From: Octopus bimaculoides
Taxonomy: Eukaryota
Direction of reading: 5' to 3'
NCBI RefSeq assembly: GCF_001194135.2
Contig: NC_068999.1
Location: 3,087,098-3,151,097, forward strand
DNA length: 64,000 nt
How positions within the stretch are numbered: the stretch's first letter is position 1; every line of letters starts with the position of its first letter. This document shows, piece after piece, positions 1-12,100 of the stretch. Made by a program: the position numbers and the translations under genes. The notes beneath the pieces are model-generated. The model had not been told where the DNA came from and searched no databases. It worked only from the letters and a program-made list of their open reading frames with translations.

Positions 1-385
1 TGCTAAGCATTTCGTCCGTCTTTACGCTCCTAGTTCAAATTCCACCGAGATCGACTTTGACTTTCGTCCTTTCGGGGGTCAATGAAATAAATGAACACCG
101 GGGTCGATGTAATCGACACAGCGCCTCCCCGCAAAATTTCAGGCCTTGTGCCTATAGTAGAAATGATTATAATTCGAGCTGACAGAATCGTTAGCACGCC
201 GGACGAAATGCTTAGCGGTATTTCGTCCGTCAGTACGTTCTGAGTTCAAATTCCGCCGGGTTGACTTTGCCTTTCATCCTTTCGGGTCGATGAAATAAAT
301 ACCAGTGAAACACTGGAGTCGATGTAATCGACTATCCTCCTCCCCGCAAATTTCAGGCCTTGAGTCTAGAGTAGAAAAGAATTAT
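1..385 (+). mobile_element. Two head-to-tail copies of tRNA-derived SINE family A
   Basis: GAGCTGGCAGAATCGTTAGC..GAAATGCTTAGCGG..GTTCAAATTCC (B box)..GTCGACTTTGCCTTTCATCC..AGGCCTTGTGCC..AGAAAGG(ATT)n. The family recurs about 20 times in the window. Confidence 0.85.
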
Positions 386-848
386 TATTGTTGTTATTTA
401 TACAAACAGTGGAATATATATCAAGGGAGACTACTTTTAATTATCTCTCCTCAATTAATATGAACTTTAGTCAGTTGTATTGCATAGAAACGCGTAATTA
501 TTGGGGGTTAATTATTGTTACAATTACATGGACAAGATGTGCTGGTTTATAGAAATAGAGGGGACAATGAGGGATGCGGCATTGATGGTTATCTTGTGAC
601 ACAAAGGGAGTGAATGATTATGAGTGAAACGGAAAAAGCATTTCATGAGTTCGTCTTTCAGGGAAATCAACTTTTGTACCGTTTCTTTTTATTTCGTGAG
701 TGGGAAAGGAAGTGGTGTAGGGCAGTAAGAATGAGCCCTGTTGGGGTGGGGGTGGGGGTTCTGTGACTAGTGGAAGGGATCGGGGAGGTCAACTTCAAAC
801 CGGGGACCTGGTTTAATGGAGACTCGTACTCTTTTGGTACCCGGGTGG

Positions 849-945
849 TATGTATGTATGTATGCATGTATGTATGTATTAATGTATGTATGTATGTATG
901 TATGTATGTATGTATGTATCCATCCTCATCGTCGTCGTCGTCGTC
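849..945. repeat. (TATG)n plus (TCG)n microsatellite
   Basis: Read directly. Confidence 0.95.
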
Positions 946-1998
946 AGATAAAAGTCAAAGTAAATATAAGATGAATATAAGATGAAATAAATATAAAATA
1001 AATATAAGATGAAAGTCAAAGCTGACCTCACTGGGATTTGAGCTCGAAACAGAGAAACGAACCAATGACTTTGCCATTTCACCATTTTGTATAAACAACA
1101 TGAAATGATTTTTTTTTAATGCTTTTTGATAAAGAAAACCTGCAGCATCATTTTTATGTCCCTTAATCTATTGCTTCTCCCAGAATTGTCTACTGTGGCC
1201 CCTGTTTGGTCTCGTCTGTCATCTATAGCCAAATCTGGAATCCTTTGTAAATGAGTAAATTATCACCTAGATTATGTCTACTTATTCACGATGACTCAAT
1301 CACGACATGGGTTCAGTTCACACCAGCCTGTCCTCATCGCATAAGTATTTCAAATGAGTTCTTTGACGTCCATTGTGTTTAAATATAATGAGACTTATTT
1401 AACTATTGTATTTGTCAGGCAGTTGACGTCTCTGAGGATTTTCTCTCCAGTAATTCAGTTTCTAAAATATGCTTTATTTTCCACACCAACAAATATACAA
1501 TATTGTATATCTAACTAGATGTTCTCTCATCACGAGGTTCGGTGAATTGAAATTGGCTGAGGAAGTTTAATATTGTCAAAGCATATTCAAAGTTGTCTCC
1601 CCTACTCACTGAAAACAAATAGGCAAACTGATGTCTCTTCCTCACCGCATAACTGTTAATGCTCGTTGCATTAACTAACACCATCACCACACATGACTCT
1701 TATTTAGAACTGCTATCCAGAGCCAGCAACGCAATTGATAGAGTCTAAATAGAAGAGTGACTTCATGGTACCTTATCTGTCGCCATAAGTCTTTTAAATG
1801 AACACTTGTTACTTATTCTGTGCTACTACTGCTGTCTATTGCGTGGTCAGGGTCTGAGCCAACGAGAGCTACGGGCACTGGTCTCAGACACTGAATTATA
1901 ATGTCATGCCCGGAATTTGAGCCTCACATCTTTATGTTGGTTAGTAGTCTCCCTTCCTTCACACAAGAAAAACGAAAGGAGAAGGAAGAGGAGAAGAA

Positions 1999-1999
<1 letters not shown>

Positions 2000-2037
<38 letters not shown>

Positions 2038-2066
2038 TATAGATATATAGATAGATAGATAGATAA
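2000..2066. repeat. (GATA)n microsatellite in a purine-rich tract
   Basis: Read directly. Confidence 0.95.
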
Positions 2067-2489
2067 TGATGATGTAGAGGAAGTAAAAAGATGATGCGAA
2101 AGGACAATGATGATGATGATGAAAAGTGAAAGAAGAAAGAAAGAAAGAGTGACTGAAAGAAAAAAGAATAGTGAATACGAAAGAGGAGAACGAAAAGAAA
2201 GAGGAAGAAAATCGTGACATGAAAAAAATTAAAAAAGAGTCGTTTGTTATTTTGTAAAATGAGGAAGTGTTTCAAAAAAGTCCTCGATAAAAAAATGAAA
2301 GACTAAAATAATAATAAAAAGAGAGCTAAAGGGAAATAACTCAAATGAACCAATGGCTTGAACTAAGATAAATTAGTGTATTTTATAAAAAGATTAATTA
2401 TGGTAAATAATGTTGTGGATTGAATGAAATAGGCTTTAATCTCGAGTGGAGATATTTCTTGAAATTCCCTGAAACCCTTTCATGGAAGA

Positions 2490-2745
2490 ACCCTTTCTAT
2501 TAAAGGCACAAGGCCTGAAATTGNNNNNNNNNNNNNNNNNNNNNNNNNNNNNNNNNNNNNNGGGGGGGGGGTCTGGGTAGTCGATTACAGTGATCTCAGT
2601 GCGTAACTGGTCCTTATTTCTTCGATCCCGAAAAGATAAACGGCAAAGTCGACCTCTGCGGAATTTGAACTCAGAACGTAAAGAAGGACGAAATGCCGCT
2701 AAGCATTTCGTCCGGTGTGCTAACCATTCTGCCACCTGGCCGCCT
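2490..2745 (-). mobile_element. SINE family A copy, split by a gap
   Basis: Reverse complement of the family A consensus. Confidence 0.8.
2524..2561. other. Assembly gap
   Basis: N run. Confidence 1.
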
Positions 2746-2879
2746 TGTCCAACTCGCTAGTGCCAAGATAAAATGGTCGTTGGTGTTTGACCGGAGGTTG
2801 ACCCGTCATCGAGTAGGCCTGTCAAGTCATGATTATCTCGTCTTTATCCACCATAGTCAATCTCGGATTTCATAATCTT

Positions 2880-3517
2880 ATATATATTTATTTCAAGGCG
2901 GCGTAATGTGATTCTCCCTCGGTGCGTCATGGCACACTAGGTCACGCGATCTCGTTATTTGCGTCACGAAAATTATAAATTTGTATTTTTAAAATGTGAC
3001 AAAACCAACTCAAATTCAAAATTTAGTCCTCCTTAATTATTTATTGAATAAAGAAATAGTAATTTTCTGTAATTTAATTAATATTGTATTTTGGGATTAA
3101 CATATATAAATACTTTTTCAATACATTTTTTAGGCATAAAGTACTCCAGAATACCCTGTATTTATCTCTCGTTTATCATGGAAGAAAAGTTTGTGAAACA
3201 TTTCTGGAGGATGCGTTTGATAGGATACGCAGCTGCTATTTCTAGCAGGTCGAGTGACCGCGCAAAGGCACCTTGGCTTGGCAAACTCGAGGGGAGGATA
3301 TGTTAGTTTCAATTTGATTGCTATGGTAACAGTGAATGACATTTACCAAAGTGGAGAAAGATAGAGAGAGAGGAGGAACGAGAGAGAGGTTGGGAAAAAG
3401 GCAGAGAAATGGTGGTGGAAGGGGTGCAGTTCCAATAAAGGAGAGAAACACCTCCTCTGTTGTCACGACTCGATTCACAGTTATCTCCCTTCCTACAGGA
3501 AGCCTAAACAACCCAAA
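2880..3517 (+). promoter_or_regulatory. Putative Rubicon promoter / 5' UTR region
   Basis: Locally CpG-retaining sequence upstream of the ATG, with TGCGTCA (x2) and GTCACG (x3) motifs. A strong acceptor (tctcccttcctacag|, 3498) implies an upstream non-coding exon. No transcript data. Confidence 0.4.
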
Positions 3518-3540
3518 ATGGAGGAAGATGTGTCCCAGTG
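3518..3540 (+). CDS. RUBCN: Rubicon coding exon 1 (MEEDVSQW)
   Basis: aaaATGG start context; donor TG|GTGAGT. Phase 2 matches the acceptor at 13076 (TG+G=W). Confidence 0.7.
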
Positions 3541-6500
3541 GTGAGTAATATTTTATATTTCTTCCGTATAACCACTTAGAACCAGAATTCTTGCCATTTC
3601 GAGCCTTCTTTCACTACTTCTACTCTACCCTGGTCGCTCACCCTCTATTTAAGCCCCCATATTGCCTATAACGACCACGTCAGCTGTTCCGAACCGTTTC
3701 CTCTCTCAAAGACACATCACATGTTTCTCTCGGATTTCTACCGTAATTAAGTCATGTTTAATTCCATAATAGACACCTTGCAGACCATCATTACCCTCAG
3801 AATTATCCTTCAGGAGAAGGAAATGTATTTCTTTTCTTAAGATAATATATTAATCTATTTCTTCTCTTTATTTCTTTTATACATTTTAAACTTCTTTGAC
3901 ATTTTCCACCGTTCCCCCCCTCTCAATGTTTCTTTCTCTTTCCTTTTTTTCTCTCGGAGACACTAATATATGTATGTGTATATACATGTATAATGCTGGG
4001 AATTACCTATCTTAAGGTGTTTTAACCCCTCTTTTACCAAGCATCTGTATGTCACCATCGACAATAAGTATATAAAAAAAACAACATTCTGACTAATTCT
4101 ACGATCTAATGTCATTGAACGGGTATAAATATCGATACATGAAATCCAATGATTAGTCACAGACTTGAAATCATTTATGACATAACATTATTGTTGTCCC
4201 ATGTCATTCGTTGATGTTACTTTTTAATATAAGTATTACGTTGTTATCAGCTCTGAAACTGAGTCAGATCTACTCCAAATAGCTACAACTGGATTTCCCG
4301 GGCGGCTTCTTTTCCTTCCTACCACTTAATGAATTGAAAGCTTCAGTCATACGTAAACTGCAAAATTCCCCACACCCAACCCGAAATTTAAATGAACACT
4401 CCATAAAGCGTGACGAATGTAGGAACTGTTGTGAGTTAAGCCTGTAGTCGTAGTTTTGTGTAACTCCACACCGGTTATCAACCACTTGCGTGTTGAGTGA
4501 ATGTAAACTAGGCTTCGTTGGTTGCACACTTTAACAATGAACGTTTCTGAATATAATGTACTTTATTGTAGTATAGTTTTGTCACGATCTTTCGTCGTTT
4601 GGTGATAAGACAGCGAAGAAGGCCCCACGATATCTTTCGACTACTAGAAAAAAACAAAACAAAAAAGGAAAAAGCTAAATATTTCTCAAATTCCACCCTA
4701 TTTAACATTTGACAGTATTGTCGTGTCTGCAATGTTTTCGGTCATAAGTTTTCTCGAACGGGGTAGACGTGTAACCGTTTAACTTCTTATTACAAAAGTG
4801 ATGTTCCTGAAAGAGAGAGAGCACCATGAATGTTACAGCATCCCTTCTGCCCCCTCCCCCCATCTTATAATTTTGTTGTTTTGTGAATGTCTTAAACGAA
4901 AAATAACTCACATTCGCACTAAATTGACGTCTATGTTTAAAAGTTTAAATGTTCACAAGCTGACATTTCATTTTCTCAAACTCCGTCTCCTCCCTTGTAT
5001 AAACACTTCTTTATTATTTTTGTAATAATTAAGTCTTTAATTAAAGAAAAACCTGCTGGAGATGGATTTTAAAAAACTCATAACTTAATATTTGGCAATT
5101 AATCTTGTAAAAAAAACTACTTAAAATGATGACTTTATATTTCTTCATCTTTAAATTGTTTTCATTTAATTTTCTCTCTATTTTTAACTAAATAGAAAAT
5201 AAATCTCTGTTGGAGTTAGTAGTTGAATCCCTAGTCTTCCCTGGTTGAGTAGACCTTAGATCAAAAGCGTTCCAGCCATGACCACCCTGTATTTTTGTTT
5301 ATCAGAGACTACATTATTCTATGAGTCCCTTTTTGTAAAGACATTTGAGTGTATTTGAGCTGATTTTGTTGCTATCTATAAACTCTCTTTCACCTGGAGA
5401 GTTCATGTATCTGGTGTGTATATAAATTGTTATATTTGACAGTGTTATTCTACACCCTCTGAGGTATATGTTCAGCCTTTATTTACACAGAGAAATATTC
5501 CTTTTATTGTAATCCTCTGCATTATTTAATGCTGACCTTTTGGGTTTTTTCTCAAAGAAAACAGAATTCTCTTTTTGGTCCCAGATATTTCCAGAATTAT
5601 TTTTTCAAAAATTGTTCTGGTTTAGCAAATGTTCACAACTGCAGTCCTGTTTAACCCATTTCAGCTTGTGAAAACTCACTTTAGACTGACTACAATGAAA
5701 TACAGGGATTGATTCTGTCTGGAAGTGACACTCATTAAAAAAAAAAAAAAAAAAAAAATTCCTGGTATATAAAATGTTAGTGGTGATATTTTAGAAGCGT
5801 TTGTTAGATCAGCATTTCTCACAGACGGTGGGGGAAAGCAGGAATAGACAAATTGCCGTACTTAACGAAATTAAGATGGTTTTAAACTTTATAAATATAC
5901 CGAATATCATGGAGGAGATGAAGCATTAATGAGAAACAAACTCTAATTTGGCATTAATAGAGGGGGTGGGGTAAGATGGGTTTGTGTGTGTGTGTCTGTG
6001 TTTGTCCCCCCCCCCCCGCCATCGCTTGACAACTGATGTTGGTGTGTTTACATCCCTGTCACTTAGCAGTCCGACAAAACAAGGCCGATAGAATAAGTCC
6101 TGGGGTTGATTTGTTTGACTAAAGTTAGTGCTCCAGCATGGCCGCAGTCAAATAACAGAAACAAGTGAAAGAATAAAAGAAAATGTGTGTGTGTGTGTGT
6201 GTGCACATGCATGTATGTATTACATTATTCATGCACACATGCATGTATATACAATGAAAGTTTAACACAAAGAGAGTGGCCAGCCTTCTGCTATGCAAGT
6301 ATGTGTGTATGTAGATGCCATTTTGTGCTGCCATCTCAATTGTTCAGCTCCTCAACAAGTGTGTTGTGTATTTGGATATTTCATTTAATTATTTGCCACT
6401 CAGTTCTCTCTGTTTGCAACTGTAATAGGACCTGTAGGCATGCTACTTGCTGTGGACTGTTATTTAATACATGGGAATATTTGTCTTTGCCATTATCATC

Positions 6501-9119
6501 ATCATTGTTTAACTTCCGCCTTCCATGCTGGCATGGGTGGGAAAGTTTCACAAGAGCCGGCCAGGCAGAAGCCTGAGCCAGACTTCTGTGACTATTTTGG
6601 CAGGATTTTTACAGCTGGATGCCCTTCCTAACGCCAACCACTCAGCAGAGTGGACTCAGTGCTTTTTATGTGTTACAGGCGAGGTCAGTTTTGGCAAGGT
6701 TTTTACAGCTGGATGCTCTTCCAAACACCAACCACTTTACAGTGTGGACTGGGTGCTTTTAATTGGTACCTGTACTGATAGGGTCACCAAGTACTTGCTG
6801 GACAAAAGAAAAAAAAAACTTTCAAGAGAGGAGGGGGCATTGGAGGAGGTGATCTTGTGTTGGATGATGAAAAGTTATAGTGAGAGAGAGAGACCGAAAC
6901 AGGTGTCTTGCTGTAGAGGAAGTACAAGGTTACCTGGCTGGAGAGAGAGAGAGAGAGAAAGAGATCAGGAATGAAGACCGAAACAGGTGCACTACCACAA
7001 AGGAAATACATGGTTACGCAACCTGAAGAAAGTGCAGGAGAAGGTGAGAGAGAGAGAGTGGGTATCAGCTAAAATGTGCTTCAGTTCAACGTTCAGCAAA
7101 GGTGTTTTGAAAAGCTTCAATAAAAACATAATATTTTGGTCGATTGGTGTGTGGGGTGGAGAGTGTTGCCTAGAGCTTGTTTAGACTTTCATTGACTTTG
7201 TTGGTCAGCGAGTATGGTTTTTGTGTTGGTGTTGTGAGGTTGTGGGCAGAACAGTGTTGTGGAGGGAAACAGTTTTGCCAAGAAAGGGTCAGGAAGTTGC
7301 AGAGCAAGGCGGTAGTTAAGATGTAGAGGTGGTGCCATTCAGATTCAGATTAGCAGAGGAAAAGTGAAAGATCTCAGTAGGAGCAGAGAGCGAACCCAGT
7401 CCTATATTGGTTTCACATTTTGGCACAAGGCCAGCAGTTTGGGGGTAGGGTCAAATTACATTGACCAGAGTGTTCAACTGCTACTTATTTTATTGACCCT
7501 AAAAAGATGAAAGCAGTCGACCATGGCGGAATTTGAAGGCGGACAAAAACACACAATCCAATATTGGATCAGTGTGTGAAGGACAACTTTTTCCTGTGTG
7601 TTGGGTGGCATTGGCACCCTTAATGGAGAATTAGTTGTGATTTCAAATCATGCAGCAGCTGTTGTTAGCGTTAGTGTGGGTGGCCACATCTGGCTATAAG
7701 GAACTAGTCGGTCACCTCGTTTTCATGTCCAGCTGTGCCCCTCTGCCTACCTCCTGCCATACTTTCATATCTCATTAACTAGGCTGAGTGATGGTTGTTA
7801 TTACATCTTAGTCTCTAAATTTAGTCTTTTCATTCATCATCACCTACAACAGACACATGTGCATAAACATCATCATCATCATAGCAGCAGTACTTGTTTT
7901 CTAAATTTAATGTGAGTGTTGTACAGTGTCTCACTTCAGCTTTCTAATCCCTCCATCCTGTCCCACCACACCTCAACCGTTTCTCTCTCAAGTCCAATAC
8001 TTTGTCATTTCACCTCTCATCTCTGACCTTTCTTGCTGTGTTTCTTGCCATCTAAACACTCAACGATGTCAATGTTTCTTTACGCCAAACACATCCTCTG
8101 TCCAGCAATCATTGCTAAAGATGTTTCCTAAAACAACATCTCCAAAAACTGCACCAGTCACTCTCAAATGATTTCCATCGTTGCCCTGACGTGATGTCAT
8201 TTAAACCCTCATTAATTCAACCACTAAACTGTTATTGTAGTTCACAGCTTTCCTGTCGTTGCCCTATTCTCTTATTTTGGTGTCACTATTATAATTTCTA
8301 GTCTTGTTGCTGTGTGCTATTGAACTAAACTGATATTGCTGTCATTGTTAAAATGCCAGCCAAACTTAGCCTTCCCTCCGTGTCACCCACATCCAAATTA
8401 GTAACTGTACGCACCACTAATTGTTAGTTTCTATTAACAGCAATAATAAAGAGGAAATTTAGTCTATCGACATTGTAAACCAGTCTGCTTCAGTTACAAT
8501 TTCTGCCTTGGACTAACTCCACTGTTTTTTGATGAAAAGGAATTTATTTCATTTTGCCCGACACAAGTGTGACTCGCATTTCGTATTAATGGGAGTAACT
8601 TATGTTTCGTATTAACTGCCTCAGACGTGGTTCAATTTGACCGGCATCACTATTGTTTATCAGCCTTATTTTAGCTAATCATGTGGCCACTTGACAATTC
8701 CTTCTCAGAATTTCAGGAATTTATCTTCCTCTCTGTAAGTATTTCAGTTATCACCAGTTATCATTATGTCTGGTTTTGTTCCTTGTCTGTATCGGAACGG
8801 TCAGGAATGATCAGTCCAGCTTAACCTCGCATCTAAATCAACCATTTCCTCCATGTCTTGTCCCCTTTGCTTTGTCCCCCCCCCCAGTATCAACTTGTTT
8901 CCTAAATTCACACACATGCATCTCTCTCTCTCTCTCTCCTCATATATATATATAAAACAATTTCTTTATTGCTAAACATCGAGGGGACAAACACGGAAAG
9001 AATGAAAAGCAAAGTCGACCTTGACAGAATTTGAACTCAGAACGTAACGGCAGACAAAATACCAGAAGGCATTTTGCCCAGCTTGCTAATGATTCTGCTA
9101 GCTTGCTGCCCTATATATA

Positions 9120-9169
<50 letters not shown>

Positions 9170-12100
9170 ACAGTTACATAGGTGTGGGTGTGTGGTAAGA
9201 AGCTTGCTTCCCAACCACATGTTTCTGTGTTCAGTTCCACTGCGTGGCATCTTGGGCAAGTGTCTTCTATTATAGCGTCAGGCCATCAAAAGACTTGTGA
9301 GTGGGTTTAATAGATGAAACTGAAAGAAGCCTGTCGTGTGTGTGTGTATACAGGTTGGCCCAAAAGTAGGTTTACAGTTATTCAACTATCTCTTTTGCAC
9401 CTTATGTCCCAGGTGTTAGAAACTTCTCTATTCAGTCAGTCAGATCATATCAAAATGTTTGATTCAGAGCAGAGTGCAATGACTTTAGCCTGGTCCGAGT
9501 TAATGCCCACACACCATATCAGTCAGCCAACTCTCATCATCATCACCACCACCATCGCAGTGTTGTTTAGTTCCTGCAGCCATTTCTTTGACACGATTCT
9601 GATGCTTTAACCAAGTTCCTTTTAAAGCAAACAAAATGTCTCTCTCTTCCTGCAGGCAGTTTGCTCAACAATTGAATGAAATTTTTTGATAGGAAATCTC
9701 GAAAGATAAAGTAAATCTCCGGCAAAGCACAGTTGTAAATTCTGTTTGTGGTTGTGGGTAAAGATATATCATCACCAGAGATAAGGATTACCAGCAAATA
9801 ACGAATCAAAACTCGTGAGATAGTGAATAGTGGAGGGCAGAATAAATATTGTATTATCACTTTCTTTCGTTGTGAACAGGGCAAGGTTCTTCATTTGATT
9901 GTGTAATGTCGGTTGACAAAGTTCTGTCTGTGATATCCACAAATATCCTGCATCTCAGGATTAGAAAAAATCTTGCTTGTAAATGTAAGCGTTGATTATG
10001 TCAGGAGATTATGCCAAAATAAGAGTATTTGCTACTCGTAATGCCTACCGCCAAAAACTTAGGAGTCAATCAGACAGTTTTTATTGGTATGTACCCTCTC
10101 TGTCTCTCTTTGTAAACTCAATAATTCTTACCTATACCCTCTTATCTTCTTATCAGCATGTACTCTTTGTGAACTTGGTAATTCTTATAAATGTCTTTGT
10201 TTTATTTTCTAAATATTCTACCATTTGGCCTCTTGGCAGTTTTATTCCTTCAACATTTACGACAGAAAACCAAACAAAACAAAACAATTGTGGGTGTTGA
10301 TTCGTTGTGTATCTTTCACAGCTAATAATGTTTTGGTTGTTGTTGTTGTTGTTTAACACCAGGTCAGTTCTAACAGAGCAGATAGACTTTGAGAAAGATT
10401 TGCTGCTATTTCCAGCAAGTTGAAAGATCATCTCTAGAGACTTCTTCATGTATTTATTATGTTAATTAAGTAAGCTTTGTTAATTAACTTGTTTTCTTAA
10501 TTATCCTGTACTAATTTTTTAAAGCTTACCACTAATGGTCTCTCTCAGCAAACTTCCTTACATCAATGAGTTAGGAAGAAAAAACATAAAAATGACCATC
10601 CCCAAATAAAACCTTGTTTATTTAGACATTTTGCTATCTTCTAGAATATTCCTTTTGATATTAGTTTTTGTCTCATTAAAACAACTGGGACTCGTTTGCG
10701 ATCAGCTGTGTACTGTCATAGCCTTGAACCTTCTTTTTCTTTGTACCTGCGATCGACAGCAGCAGCAGTCATTGATAAAGCAATTTAATTAAATGCCAAT
10801 CTCGGTTGTAAAATGTTTTTTAGAGACTGACTTATTCCATCGTTTATTTACCATTTGTTGATGTTCTTCCATATCAAGGCAGTTGATAACCTCCTATAGG
10901 TCGCTACATCATTTTGTACTCCTGTATGTGTGGAGGTGGCGGGGGGGGGCACGACAGTGGGTAACCGGTACTTATTTTATTGACCTTGAAAGGGTGAAAC
11001 ACAAACTTAACCTCGGTGGAATTTGAACTCAGACCATAAAGACAGACAAAATGGCACAAATCATTTTGTCCCATGCGCCTATAATGGTGGCTGCACGGTT
11101 AAGAAGTTTGCCTTGTGGTGATGAGACCCTACACTTGATCCCACTACCTGTCATCTTGGGCAAGTGTCTTTCACTACAGATTGAGGTCAACTCATCCCTT
11201 ATGAGTGAAACCAGAGTGATGGAAACTGTGTGGAATCTTGCTGGGTAGAATGTCTCTGTAATTCAACTGTCACATATTGTATCATGCTGATTCTGTTTGA
11301 GAATTACATTGAAGGTATTCATGCTGATGGAATACTCAACCATCTATATTATATGATAATTCACTGGTTACTCCAGTTGATTTGAACAACAGATCACTCA
11401 TGTGTCATGACTGACAGATGTTATACCTTCATCATATTGGTGTTACAGTATTTCTCTCTTTAAAAACCAATTTCGGAAGTCTGCCACTTGGAAGTCCTTC
11501 CAATATATTTTGGCAAAGTTTCAATGTTTCTTCACTTTTGACATCTACCATTACAGATTAGTAATTACTTACATGTGTGTAGTCTACTGAAGTACATTAT
11601 TAGTAGGTACCAATATTTGTATCTCTCATACCTTAGTATATATCACTATTCTCTCTTTTCCTCTCTCTCTCTCCCTCTCCTAAATCTCCTTCATAACAAA
11701 CCCCTGCTTTATCTGGATTTATTTTACTCTCCAAACCTTTCTCATTTTCTTCATTATTGAGACTGACACACCTCTGTACCCCTTCATCTCTGCTTCACCC
11801 CTTCTATTAGAATTTATTCTCTATTTTTTTTTTTTTTTGCTCCAATGACCCCTTCCTATTAACCAAAACCCTCCTCACCTTGTTACCCCTGCCCGCCCTC
11901 GTCTCTTTACTCCCTGCCAGAACAATAATTCTGAAAAACTTTTTCTTTCACTCTGTATGTTGGTATTTGGGTAGGTTTGTCTCGCATATACACACACACA
12001 CACACACTTGCATATGTGCACATGCATGCACACAGACTCGCACACACACATACATGCATAGTTTCTTCTCTCTCTCTATATATAAGTATATACATACATA

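Noticed and set aside
667-2275. Low-complexity ORFs (MYVC, YLSI, HT and VC repeats) here and throughout the window
   Set aside because: Translations of microsatellites, with no splice or homology support.
4270-4720. CpG-retaining stretch in Rubicon intron 1 as an enhancer or ncRNA
   Set aside because: No defined motif cluster, structure or ORF supports a call from sequence alone.
9352-9382. TA|CAGGTTGGCCCAAAAGTAGG Tc1/mariner-like end
   Set aside because: No partner TIR or convincing transposase remnant found nearby.
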